Positions 33,261 to 45,200 of a stretch of DNA of 64,000 nt are shown one piece after another (the stretch's first letter is position 1; each line of letters opens with the position of its first letter). The notes beneath the pieces were generated by a model that was not told the origin of the DNA, did not search any database, and saw nothing but the letters and a program-made list of their open reading frames with translations. The position numbers and the translations under genes are program-made. This stretch comes from Anthoceros angustus (lineage: Eukaryota; Plantae; Anthocerotophyta): assembly GCA_010909165.1 (NCBI GenBank), contig MU008197.1:248001-312000 (forward strand), written 5' to 3'.

Positions 33261-36200
33261 TGTGGAACGAAGAATTTTGGTCACCCAAGACGCGCAGGAG
33301 AGACGACGCCAAGGATGAATAGTGGGTTCGTGTGTAGGTAGTAGGTAGGTCGATAGAAATGTAGGAAGATGGTAGGACGTCCGAGGGAGTTCGGACTTAA
33401 TCGAATCTGAGAGGAGGTTCGATCGGTAGAAAGTATGGGTAGATAGAAGCATATATAGGCATGATAGGTTCCAAAGTTCCTTGGACCATGGGGAGTAGGA
33501 ATATTCGGGATAGAAGTTCCTTGGCCTTCAATTATTTAGGTTCCGATGGGCTATATATGCCAAAAGGGCTAGTTAAGTTGTAGATGGAAAATAGCTACAG
33601 GAGTTTTGAACCGACACGTGGCGCCATCGTGAGGAGCTTAAGGCATTTGCATGTACCGCAAACTCGTTAGCTGTGGTTTTGAACGGGCGCCAGCGAACCC
33701 GCAGTCAAGGGCGCCGAGGGTAAGTGAGCTGGGAAGGAAGGCAAGGGAGCGAAGTCACGCAGGCAGCGAGGGAGCGAACTCAAGGCGCCGAGGAGCAGGC
33801 GCCATCGAGCGAGCTAGCCGGGGCATGAGCGATTGGAAAGGAGTTCGAGGGGATCCGCAAGGCGCGCGAGTGGAGGTGCTCGAGCGGAGGCGATTGTGAG
33901 AGGCGCCGAGGTGAGAAGGCTACCGACGTCAGAAGCAAGGTGGAGAAGGCCGGAGGGGAGATTGAAGGGGCCAAGGCCACCTCTTAGTGGTTGCGTTGAG
34001 GCCGACTGCCGAGGAGCGCGGAAGCTCCCCTTGTCATGCCTCACCCAAACCACCACCTCTTTGCTCTCCACTCTCTTAGCCCGATAGATTACTCTCCAAT
34101 CTCCAATTTTGCTATCCTTGTGTGTGCTCGCGTGATGGTAAAGATAGTGAGGACGGGAACGGGGTACTCCCACGGGAGGAAACCTCCGCCGCCACACCGC
34201 CCACAAAGGGAAAAGGTAAGAAACACCCACCCCGAGTTCGAGTGTAGGCCGCCCAAATTTCACCTCGAGATTTGAGGCGCTCGAGCGCCGCCCGAGATGA
34301 AGATGGAATGGCTGTACTTGGTACCGGGTGGCACTTTGCAGCCCCGCCTTGGTTCTGGAGTGTGCGACGAATGAGAGTGACCAAGGCGACGGCCAATTCC
34401 GAGGATGCGACTCAAGTCATCCCGGGATGTGGAAGGTACGGCATTTCAGGATACGATTTGATACCGGAAGCCCACAAGGGAGGGATCATTCCGCAGCTCA
34501 GCCTCCAAGAATCGATCCCGAGGAGGTTATGAGTATGTTCCTACGACCAAAGGAGGAAGTATGGTCGCAAGGCAATGGCTGGAGGATCTCTTTGTTCAAG
34601 GAGCGGAAGTGGAATTTATTCGCCAAGATATGGCTGACTAACGTGCCAAGGAGGAAGACGACTGGAAATTCCCATTTAATGATGATGTATGAGATGTCCT
34701 GTGGAAGTTGGTGGATTGGGCCACCATTCTCAGATGAACAAAGCGGTTGCGCACAAACCATTTGGTGATGGAGGGAGCAAGAATCGCTTTGTCTCTACCT
34801 CGACACCTATATCGAGGGAGGAGGTTCTTACACCGACGAGCTGGAAGAAGCCAAGATAGAAGCTACTGTGAGGGGTGGAAGGAGAGCCAGGCCCTGAGGA
34901 TGAAGAGACGTGACAGGCCCCGGGCAAGAGACCGCCACGCCCGCGAACCAACATGAGGCCTCGGATCGTGAACCCAACAAGAGAAAGGGAAGAAGGCTAT
35001 AGAAGCACCTCCTACGGAGGAAGGAGGAAAGGATACGAGACCACCTACCGAGGGTTGAGGATTGGAAGGCCGACAACACCAAGGGAGTGAACCTCTACGG
35101 TAGGGACCTGTGGAGGAGGAGGACCCACGGGAGCTTTACCTCCCACCAAGAAGTAGTAACAAGACTTGAGGTGTGACGAGAAGAACGCCGAGGAACGCTG
35201 GTGACCCACGCACCAACAGGAGGAGCAGAGAAGTGTTCGAGAACCCGCATCCCATGAGGGTAGTGAGAAGGAAGTGGGCGCAGGATCTATGGACGCCCTA
35301 GTGGACCGTGTCGTGGAGGTGACAAGTTCGTGGCCGAACTCGAGACTCACGAAGGAGCCGGAGGATGCCGAGAAGAAATTGAGAGGAGCTCAAAACCACC
35401 TCCGAGAAGCAACACTCCGTACAACCGCCAAAGAGCGACAGATGACCACCAAGTTGGTGGAATGTGTGGAGGAAATGATTGACCAAAGCTTAGGACGAGG
35501 CAAAATCCCCAAGAGGGTCGAAGGAGTTGAAGGCTGCAGATGGCGAAAGGGTCACAAAGAGGAGACTCACGAAGGGGCGACTTTGCAGCCTCACAGAGAA
35601 CGGAGGCAAGGAACCGCCAAGGAGGTTTTGATGGCCCAACGATCTTTGGAGGGTCTTCGTGTCATTCGAGGGAGCAAAGTAGAGCGATCACGCCATAGTG
35701 AAACGCATGGCGATGGAAGCCATGGAGAAAGATAAGGAGATTGGGAGGCTTGCCCGGAGTTGGAGAGAGCTAGTGGAGAAAGAGGCCGCATTGGTAGGAG
35801 TGACAAATCAGCCGGTGGGACGAAAAGGCCATCCCACTAAGGGTCCGCATCATGGACGACAAAAGAAGGAGAGTGGTAGGGTGGCGACCTACTACAACAA
35901 CCTCCTAGAAGCGATTGAGGAACGCCATGCTGAGGAAGACGAAACAGACCTCACCGCTCGACGCCCGTGGAATGGCAACCGAGGTCAAACTTTGAGTTGG
36001 TACAAGGAAAGCCAGGGCCGGACATAGCCGAGCGAGCGAGTCAAGAAGCACCTACGGCGACGCCAGAACCTCCCGAGACGGTGGAGCTATCAAGCGGGAG
36101 GAAGAGACCGATGGTAGGATGGTTTACCAAAGTTCCTACTGTAGGAACTGCTGAAGAGGAGGAGGTGACCTGAAGGAAGGGTACCTCCGGTTCACGAAAC

Positions 36201-37390
36201 CCAGCCGTGAGGGAAGGCCCCATAGCAAGATCCCAAATGAGGTAGGAGACGAACCGCCTACCAAGAAGACGAGAACAGTAGGGGAGGAACCTACTGAGGG
36301 TGAACGAGTAGGAGGAATGGAACCTCCTACCACAGAGGAAGACCTACCACCGAGGGGGCCGACGAGGCGTGCTACTGTGCATAGTCCCGAGAAGACTGGA
36401 GGTGGGCAAGGCTAAACGACCCATCGAAGGGGAAGACATTGAAGCTGCGAGGGCGAACAAAAAGCAGCGAACGAGGATGTCAGAGGACCTTTTCAAGAGG
36501 ACGTTTTGTCCCAAGTGGTGCACACCTTGGGAAGTGTGAGTATTTAAGAGTGGCGGCAGACAGAGATAGGATATTCGTCAAGGTGAGTGGACCGAGCCGA
36601 GAGGACGAATCGAAGGGCCGACAGAGTCCTATTGTTGGACTTGGCAAGTCGCCTAGCATTAAACTAGCACGAGTGGTCGACTCCCCACCTATAAAAGGGA
36701 GGGTGGAAGAATGAATAAACACCAACCTTGCTTTGTCATGCATTCTTCGCCTCCGGCATCCCTTGTGTGTGTGCGCTGACCGTCCCGCCAAGCGACGAGA
36801 AGGCTAAGGGGTGGGGTTCGGTCGAGGCCCTCGCTGGGTTCGCCAACGCAGCTCCTCCTCTCGTGAAAGATTGTTGTTGATGTGCTTTGTGTTGCTGGGT
36901 GGCCTCTCGAGGATCGGCGCCGACTACGCCACGTTCGACACGCAATCGCCCGAGAGAAATACCCGCCCAGTCACCCTGTGCGCCAGCCGCAAGGGAGGCG
37001 CGCAAACCGCGAACGCTACAGTAGAGTTAGATTTGGGGATCGAATGAAGTGAGTCCGTATGTGGTGGTCGTGAGCTATGTTTCTTTTGAGAATGGTGAAG
37101 AGGTTGGCTATGGGTGTGTCACAGAGTGAATTGACTGCCAGTTGGCGTAGGAGAGTGTTGAGGTGGAGGGAATCCGAAGGCGTGGAGCGCGGGCCGAGCA
37201 ACCCGTAAACGCATAACACCAGCTTTGTTGCCCACACGAGGACAAGTAGACCGCGTAATGACGAGTGAGAGAGTGAGAGGAACGATCGCAAACAATCCGA
37301 ACCAAATCTCTGGGATCGAACCCACGATTCACCCACTGGGATAAGTGTGGCCACCGAGGCGAGCTCCGGTGACCGAGGCAACCTACCACA
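33261..37390 (+). repeat. 3' LTR of element A (4130 bp)
   Basis: Colinear with the 5' LTR, lacks a 200-270 bp segment near 35540, ends ACCTACCACA with no PBS after it. Confidence 0.92.
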
Positions 37391-38760
37391 ACTTTATCGG
37401 GGAGCTTTTGAATCCAAGAACTCGAATCGGATGCGGATGATTTAAGGGGTGTTCTTCCGCCAACCGCCCCTCAATGTGACTCAAAATTGTATTTTCTAGT
37501 CACCAAGATCGCACTTGCGAGTGCAACAGTTAACAATGTAAGTGTTGAGATTGTTGCAAGTTTGTAGGGACTTGTTTTGATCAAAATCGTGTCCCGACTT
37601 GTTTTTGTGTGTTAGGTCTGCTACACCCCTGTTCATCATGAAAGGCACCTTTGAACAATGTCAAGACCGAATCGAGTTTTCCGCACCATGTGGTCCACTG
37701 TCCTCAAGTTCAGTTGGTATTGTCGTTGGTTGCGCCCGCCATGTTGGATCTGCTTTAATCATCTTCGAGCGTGGGAGACTGTGGTGTTTTTGTTGCAAAC
37801 ATACCTCAAAGCAAAGGCCAAGGCATCGGATGGATAACGCATCAACAACTGGGTGTTCTAGTGAAATTCCATATGTTGACAAGGTTGATTCTTTGTCTGC
37901 TTGTTTGTTTTCACTTCTTTGGAGTTTCGATTATGTTTATGTTGTGAATCCTGCGACTAGTGGAAGTTTTCATCGTCCCTCATTTCAACATTGATACACG
38001 AGGGAAGTGGATGCGGGTCCCTCCGTTGGAGGGCATTGTGCATAGTGAGTGTGATCACCATCCGTTAACCAGATGAAATGTGGCTGTGGTAGCACCTCGA
38101 TATTGTATTGCACTGGATCGCAAATGGAAATGGAAGTGGCTTTGAGCGCTTGCCGAGATTGCGCGAGTACGGAATTGGAGTATGATAGACAGAAACAGGA
38201 ATTGGAGTTTCAAAAAAAGGATTTGGAGGCTCTTATAGAGAGACAGAGGCGTAGCGCTTGAATTACGAGTCTCTAAGCAAAGAGAGAAAGCCCTTGAGAT
38301 TCGAGGCGAGAAATGTGGAGAGGAGACAAGAGCACATTAAGCATCAAGAGAAATCAAGAAGCAGATGAGCAAGAAGAGGTTCAAGACCGCAGTGGAAAAG
38401 AGAACAGGAGCGTAAGAATGTGCCTCGAGATATTTGCATCGCTATCTCGCGAAAATCCGATTGGTAAGTTTTCTTATGCTCTTTATTAATCGCCAGACAT
38501 TGAAAATCAATGGTTGTATTTTATTAGGTTGTCACCTTGGTGAAGGACAATTTCGCCCAAGTCCTCGCCTTCATCAATTGGTTGCCAAGAATGATGCCGT
38601 ATAACCGCCAATCAAGCCAAGTGGTCGTGAAAATTACGTTTTCAATCAGATTGTACCAATTTCCTAAATAAGGTGAGTATCATTTCCTAAGTATTTGCTA
38701 TGATTATTTGTTTTCTAGTATCACCTAATCACGGTTTGTGTCGCTTTGTTTGTAGGTTCC
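37391..38760 (+). pseudogene. Probable 3' exons of the MAPKRKP gene, including a coiled-coil segment
   Basis: GT-AG introns (about 37538, 38463, 38672) and ELEYDRQKQELEFQKKDLEALIERQRR; continuity with 19525-21567 is inferred from position and strand. Confidence 0.45.
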
Positions 38761-39255
38761 ATTGTTGTTGAAGTAGAGTTCAATCTAGCAGTTCAATCTA
38801 TTCGGTATTTACTCTTCATTAGTTGAATTTGTATTTCATGCCATTCGATATACAGAAACTCTGCAAAGAAAAGGTTTCTTTGTTGGTTTTTTGTATATCC
38901 TGGATCTGCATGAATATTATTTAATAGAAAATGTTTTTGTCAGATTAGCGATTTTGGTGGGATTTCTAGAATGAGCTTCTAGACCCAGCTGGTATTCACT
39001 TGGTCGTCATGTTTTCTACTCTAGTGCTCTATTTTCTACCTTGATGGTAGATGATTTTTACCCCACTTGTATGGTTCAGTTGTTTTGTACCTTGATGGTA
39101 GATGATTTTCTACTATATCAGAATGAATTTTACTGGTAAAATAATGACCAAAAGGTCAATTTTCTCTCTAAAATTTACCCGCACTACTCCCCGAAAAACC
39201 AGTCGGGCTGGCCGAGGTCTGCACCAGGCCGCCGACTTTACGATCGCCGGGGAGT

Positions 39256-40995
39256 TGACATGGAATCGCAACTTGACAAGGTGGATGCCACCGCAAAGAG
39301 GAGGTGAAGCAAGCATTGACCGGTGAAAAACAGAGACTTGGGGAGGTGGCGTCGACATCCGCAAGTGTTCTCAAGAAATGGAGATGGTGCAGAAGAGCAT
39401 TGACGAGGACTAGACTTTGAGGACATTCAAGGGCACATATCCTAATCGCCCACCTTCTGCCACCAAGCCTTGTACACTGGAGAAAAGCCTGCACTTTGGG
39501 TTGAGAGTTAGCACATGAGAGGACCGAGGAATAGGGTTCTCCCTTTGCACTGTGTGCTTTCCCTCCAAAGTCTAATGCTATCATCGCTTTTTCGCAATTA
39601 CATGAAAAGTCTGCCGTGACAGGCCGCCGTGTTCTATTTGGAACACGGCCACTACCCCGCGGCGGCTCTACGGCCGCCATGGCATGGTCAGGAGAGGGGG
39701 TGCTGGACCCGCCCTGAAAAACGGCCCAATGCAAGGGGTCAACTGTAGGCCTCGAGAAGGTTGCAACAATGGAATTGCTGCAGTTGATGACACCCACTGA
39801 GCAATCGCTGTGAAGACCCAAAGGGTCGTGGAACGAGGTGCGGTGGGGAGGCGCATCAGAGGTTCATGGAGGTGATGACGTGGTTGGCGCTTAGTGGACA
39901 TCCAATCCCAAGCACTTGATGACTTTTTACATGATGCAGAAGTTTTGGACAACTTTGCAACAACGCCCACACCTGAGGAAGCGACGCCCAATGAGGAGGT
40001 GGAGAATGAGCCGCCTGAGGTGAAGAAGGCCACACCTGAGCGGGAAAAGGCCACACTTATAGTGGAGAATGCCACATTTGAGGTGGACAAGGACACACTT
40101 GAGGTGGACAGGGAGCTACCTGAGGTGAAGGCCACACCTGGGCAGAAAAGTGCCACACATGAGGTGGAGAATGACATAGCTCAGGTTGAGAAGGCCACAC
40201 TAGAGGTGGACAAGGACACGCTTGAGGTGGACATGGAGGGGCATCAGGTAGAGAAGGCCACAATTCAGGACAAAGGCCACACATGAGGTGGAGAATGACA
40301 CACTTGAGGTTGAGAAGGCCCCACTTGAGGTGGATAGGGACACACCTGAGGTGGAGAATGAGGACACATCTCATGAGGCGAAGGATGATGGACCTGAAGT
40401 GGACAAGGACACATGTCAGGTGGAGCAGGCTTGGGTGGAGGTGTCGCCCGAATCTGAGGCTGGAAATGTGAGTGGGGTGGGCAAGTGTTTGTGATGATAA
40501 TAGTGAGGCTGCCGAGGGATGGGGACCCGCTGAGTAGAGGTAACGGGAAGGCTCCAAAGACGACCAAACCAAGCATTCATCAAGACCAAGACTAGTCACA
40601 GGTCTGAGTTGGAGCCGGAGACAACTATATGGTACGCTGAGCCGCAATGCAGAGCGTTAATTCTACCTCGAGGTGTGTCGGTGCTCGGGCATGAAGACAA
40701 GTTTTGGAAGGTCGCCCAATTGCCGCTGAGGTTGTTGAAGGTAATTATGTGGAAGTAGGGCCCGCCATACCCTCGAACAAGGGAAGTTTTGGGCAACTGC
40801 TCATGCTGCGTGCTGCAGCCAAAGTCGAGATGTTGGAGTGGTGACCTGGATCCCCACAACAAGAAGGACAAGCCCAAGTATTGGGTAAGCCCTCGATTTG
40901 CCACGCTGAGAGAAGCCCTAGAGGCACATGTCAAGCCTGAACGTAGGTGGCTAGACAACCTGGACAATGGAGAGACTAGAAAAGACACCGCTTGA
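39256..40995 (+). pseudogene. Gene of unknown function with a central acidic 7-aa repeat region
   Basis: MESQLDKVDATAK.. start, EVDKDTL/EVEKATL/EVENDT repeats (ORF 39894-40286), C-terminal GNCSCCVLQPKSRC..KPKYWVSPRFATLREALEAH; frameshifted. Confidence 0.5.
39994..40430 (+). repeat. 21-bp coding minisatellite
   Basis: GAGGTGGA(C/G)AA(G/T)GACACACTT-type units repeated about 20 times in frame. Confidence 0.88.
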
Positions 40996-41599
40996 CATAC
41001 TTGATAGAATGTGGACAATTTTGAAGTGCTTCAATTGAGAAACAATAGCGCCTCCGCATGTAATGTGGAGAGCCTTCCTTCCAACACACACCACGCCTAA
41101 ACACGCAAGAACAAACATGGGAATAACGAACTTCTCCCAAACACTAGATGGCCCTTTTCTTGGTCCCTTCTTAGAGACTAGCTTGACTTCATGATTGTAT
41201 CCTCACTCATCGCTCTGGTGGCCACCGCGACGTGATCACCGACGCCTCGGTGGCGACCCTTTGAGACCGGCCATGCCTGGATCTGGGGTGGCTGATCACC
41301 ACCAAATGACTACGCGTTCTTCCGGACACTTGCCTGGCTTGCCCGAGCCATGCCTCACCATCCGCATCCGCCATCGCACTTAACACGCCGCCATCGACAC
41401 CGCCATCGCGCAACATTACCATCGCAGAATACCGCTACCGCCATCGCATTGGCTACCGCCAATTGCCACGCCGTCGGGCATGCTCACTTGCATCAATCTT
41501 TGGCTCTTCCAAGGTCTTCCACGAGATGGGGTTTAAAAGGCGTTAAGTTGGGCATTGTCACCCGCAAGGTCGCAAGTCAAAGTGCTCCAGGATCCAAAG

Positions 41600-42237
41600 C
41601 GAGTGGAGGTCATCACTATGGTGAATATACATCTTGAGCAACTGCACATGGTATTTACAAGTTCGTCAAGGTCATTTCAATTTCAGTTTGGCATATGTAC
41701 AATTGAGGCCTTAGAGTCGACTACGAAAACACAAATGGGTTCTGCTTCCCTCCTCACAAGCTCCTTAAAGGACTCGTGTCCGAGTCAAGCACACACACTA
41801 ATCGGCCTCCTTCCACGCGTTCCAAAAGTGGGAACTTGAGGTCTCCACGTGGGATGAAAGAAGGGTGACCTCCATGACCTCATGATCCAAAGTGTACACA
41901 CAACCATCCGCTCAACCCGAGTAGTATCGTGCCCACACCACCTTATCCCTGGGAGGAAATGTCCGCTCCAGTGACTGCTCGTGGTCACATGCATGCAATG
42001 TGCACTTTGCCAAAAAAAGTTGAACCTTCGTCCACAGGATGCATGCACCACAAAGTTGTCTCCAAGCTCCAAGAGGTCCGCAATTTCGTAGGACATCTTC
42101 ACTAGCAACACCATTAGCTTAGGATCAGCGGCTCCATCCGGACCAACCGCATGTAGCATAATGGTGCAAGGTCTGGTCCGACCACCAACATCCTCCCTGT
42201 CCGCCATAGTAATCGAATGCCATATGCCCGTATGGGC
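41600..42237 (-). pseudogene. C-terminal part of the Sola-like transposase (left of insertion B)
   Basis: Minus-strand coding continuation across the TSD-flanked insertion; Cys/Trp-rich tail (..NCGPLGAWRQLCGA..). Confidence 0.55.
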
Positions 42238-42242
42238 AGCTC

Positions 42243-45200
42243 ACATGTCAGAACGATCCGATTTGAAACTCCCGTTGGATTGTGTCTTTGAGTGATTTTT
42301 TTGTTTTTTTTGCTTAAGTTTGGTGTCAAACGAGCTAGTTGTCGGTAGGAAGGGATATTTATACTAGAAAGTGTCCTTGACCTATGAGTTTTGGGTTGTT
42401 TCGGGTTGAATAATAATCGGTCCTTAGACTATGAACTCGATACTCCTTGGCCTTTGGTCTCGGAATATCTAATAGAAAGTCTATATATGTGGGAGGGGGT
42501 CCCCATATTTGCGAGGTCCGTAGGCTAGAGGTCGAACCAACCGGCGGTAGTTGAAGGTGTGTGGTCACGCGGGGACTATGTTTCAAGACGTTGGCGAACG
42601 GACGGGCGGTGGAAGGAAGGAGCAAGAAGAAGTGGTAGCGAAGCCGGTAAGAGTTTCGGGAAATATAACCCTAAGGGAACTCGGAAAGGCAAGGGCGGGT
42701 AGCTGCACCTCGACAGGCACGAGCTGCACGAGTCAGAAGGGCCCCGTGGCGGCGGGAGCTCGCGATTCGGAAGGAAGAAACCTGGGGACCAAGTTGGAGA
42801 TTCCGAGGCGAGTTATCAGCAATTGAGGCGTGGGGGCGTGAGGGTTTTGCAGAGCATGGCGCCCAAGGTTGCAGGAAATTTGACGCCTAATGGCCAAATA
42901 TGGACCATTGAGGGTCCGAGGTGGAGGATTGGTGAGGGAGGGACTTGGGATCATGGAAAACAAAGTGGAGAGTTTATGGGAGGATTTTCCGATCAAGAAC
43001 GAGGAAGGAGGACCCATAAATTCAGCAAAGAAAGGACGAAGGGCCAGCGACCAAATCGGAGGGGAGATAACATGGGCAGGGAGTAGTGGCATCCTAGGAA
43101 TAGAACTTTGGATAGGATGCCATCTTGGACCTAAGGCCGTCCGAAATTGTAGGGGCGCCTGCTCACCGCTTTTAGGACTGAAAGTCCGTGGCTATGACGC
43201 CCAAAGAATTGTATAAAGGGGCTTGGTTGTGCCCCTCACATCGATAACTCGGTTGAGATCCCCACGCCTCGTGGCTGGTTGGAGACGTCCGATTGATGAG
43301 GTGGTGTGCGAGACGCCCTAGGGGTGGTCGAGCTTGCTCCGCAACCGGGAGGAGGGGTGATAGAGCAATCTTGCCGACAAAGGAGGAGGAAACCAAGGGA
43401 TTGGCGCCCGGAGCTTGCTCAACGTGACGCGGGGTTCTTCTTTCCTTCACCCTTGTTCCTAGTTGTGTTCAAATTGAGAGAGAAGTGTTGAGTGGATGGT
43501 TGGAAGTCGCGAATTGAGGAGAGAGAGAGAGAGAGAAGATTGGGTGAAGGAGTGATCAACATCAGACGATGCGAGGTGTAAGAGGAGTTGAGAAGGGAAC
43601 TAATTGAGAGACTAGGAGATTTGTGGATCCAAAAGAATCCAAACCTGTCATGGAAGTGTGCACAAGAGGAAACAGCTCCTTGTAATTGTGTGAGTGGCGC
43701 CTTTGTGTGTGTGTGTGAAGCGGTGAGAGGATTTGTGGAACTTTGGTCCCTAGGAATCGGTGTGTGTGCATGAAGTGTGGAGGTAATAAAGTCCGACCGG
43801 CGCATGGGTAGCCTGCGTGGATCCGCGGCGCGGAATAAGTCGCTAGGGTTTGGTGGGACCCACCGGTCAAGCAACTACCCAGTGGTGAGAGCCACCGCGG
43901 TCGTGGAATAAGATTTGCTCGTGGAATAAGAGTGGTCGGAATAAGATCCGTGGTAGCAAAGATCTGGAGGTAGTAGTAGTTGAGTAGATAGGTAAGAGGA
44001 GTAATAGCAGTAAGTCCCGACTTAGGTGAAGGTCGAGCGATAGAAGTTAGCGCCTCTTGGCACAAACCATTCCCTTGGGAGCGAATCCTAAGCCTACAAC
44101 GACATTGAGGGTGAATGTGGACCTCACGGTGTCCCTAGACACAATTCACACTCCACATTTTGGCGCTGTCGGGAATGAAATCCAAGGACGAGGTAGAACT
44201 AACCATAGCCTAAGTAGAGTCTAGCATTAGATTGATAGATGGATGCCTCGGGAGACAAGCGACTCCGGACTGGGGAAACGCTCGCAAGACAACGCCAAGC
44301 ACCGGAAAGGTTGGAGAGTTAAGGAGGGCGCACGGGGAGACACACTGCCGGACGAGGAAGAGGGACAGGAGTCGACGAATCGGGATCGGATCTTATCGGC
44401 CGATTCCCAACTCTCTAGGGGTACTGCACCGACCCCACTTGCTTTTGACCTGCTCCAGCCGCCTCACCAAATTCAAATAAACTGTGAGGTGCGGAAGCCA
44501 TCGACGCGGAACTACCGCATGAAAGTACTACCACGGTAGCTATGACTACTACCCGAGTTGTTACCACTACAATCTTACCCGCTGTATGGAGAAAAGAAGG
44601 GCCATGAGGATCCCGACGAGTTTGTCGAGCGCTTTGAGCACCGACGCTTGCCAACCGTGAGGATGCAACGTGCCCATGCTTTATGGAGTCTACGCGAGCG
44701 GCCAAGTGGTACAAGCGAGTACATAGCTTCTTCCACACCCCCCTACCTTTGGGGCCTTGAAGAGAGCTTTTGTGAAAGGTTTAGAGGGTCGATGTGGAAG
44801 GATATGTCTTGTCCAAACTCGAGGGATTGCGGAGAGGGAAGAAGGAGACCCCGCAGCTTATGTGGAAAGGTTCCAACCGCGGATCGGCCGTCCTCACCGA
44901 GTTAATGGCAATCCGCTGGTTTGCAAGAGGATTGGGCCGGAGATGGGAAGCACGACGCCTCCAAGCCGAGAAGATTTGGATCGGGCGATCAAGGCCGCCT
45001 GAACTACGAGGAGTCCAATGCGAAGAAGAGAAATCAAGGGATACGGAGAGACAAGAAGATACAAGAAGAAGAAGAAGTACTACTCATCCTCCGATGATGC
45101 CCACGGAGGAAGATAGCTCTTCACAGACTCCTCGGATAGTTCCACGGAAGAAGAGACCTGATAGCTCGAGGAAGATTCGAGATGAGCAAGGGAGAGAGAA

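Larger units (their letters stand above)
21568..37390 (+). mobile_element. Full-length Ty3/gypsy (Athila-like, non-chromovirus) LTR retrotransposon, family A, 15.8 kb
   Basis: Paired LTRs TGTGGAACG...CCTACCACA, PBS, gag-PR-RT-RH-INT order and PPT; no exact TSD (ATCCT vs ACTTT). Confidence 0.92.

Noticed and set aside
39182-39200. CACTACTCCCCGAAAAACC as a second CACTA terminus
   Set aside because: Differs from the TIR at 6896 beyond CACTACT, has the same orientation so cannot be its partner, and no TNP2 follows.
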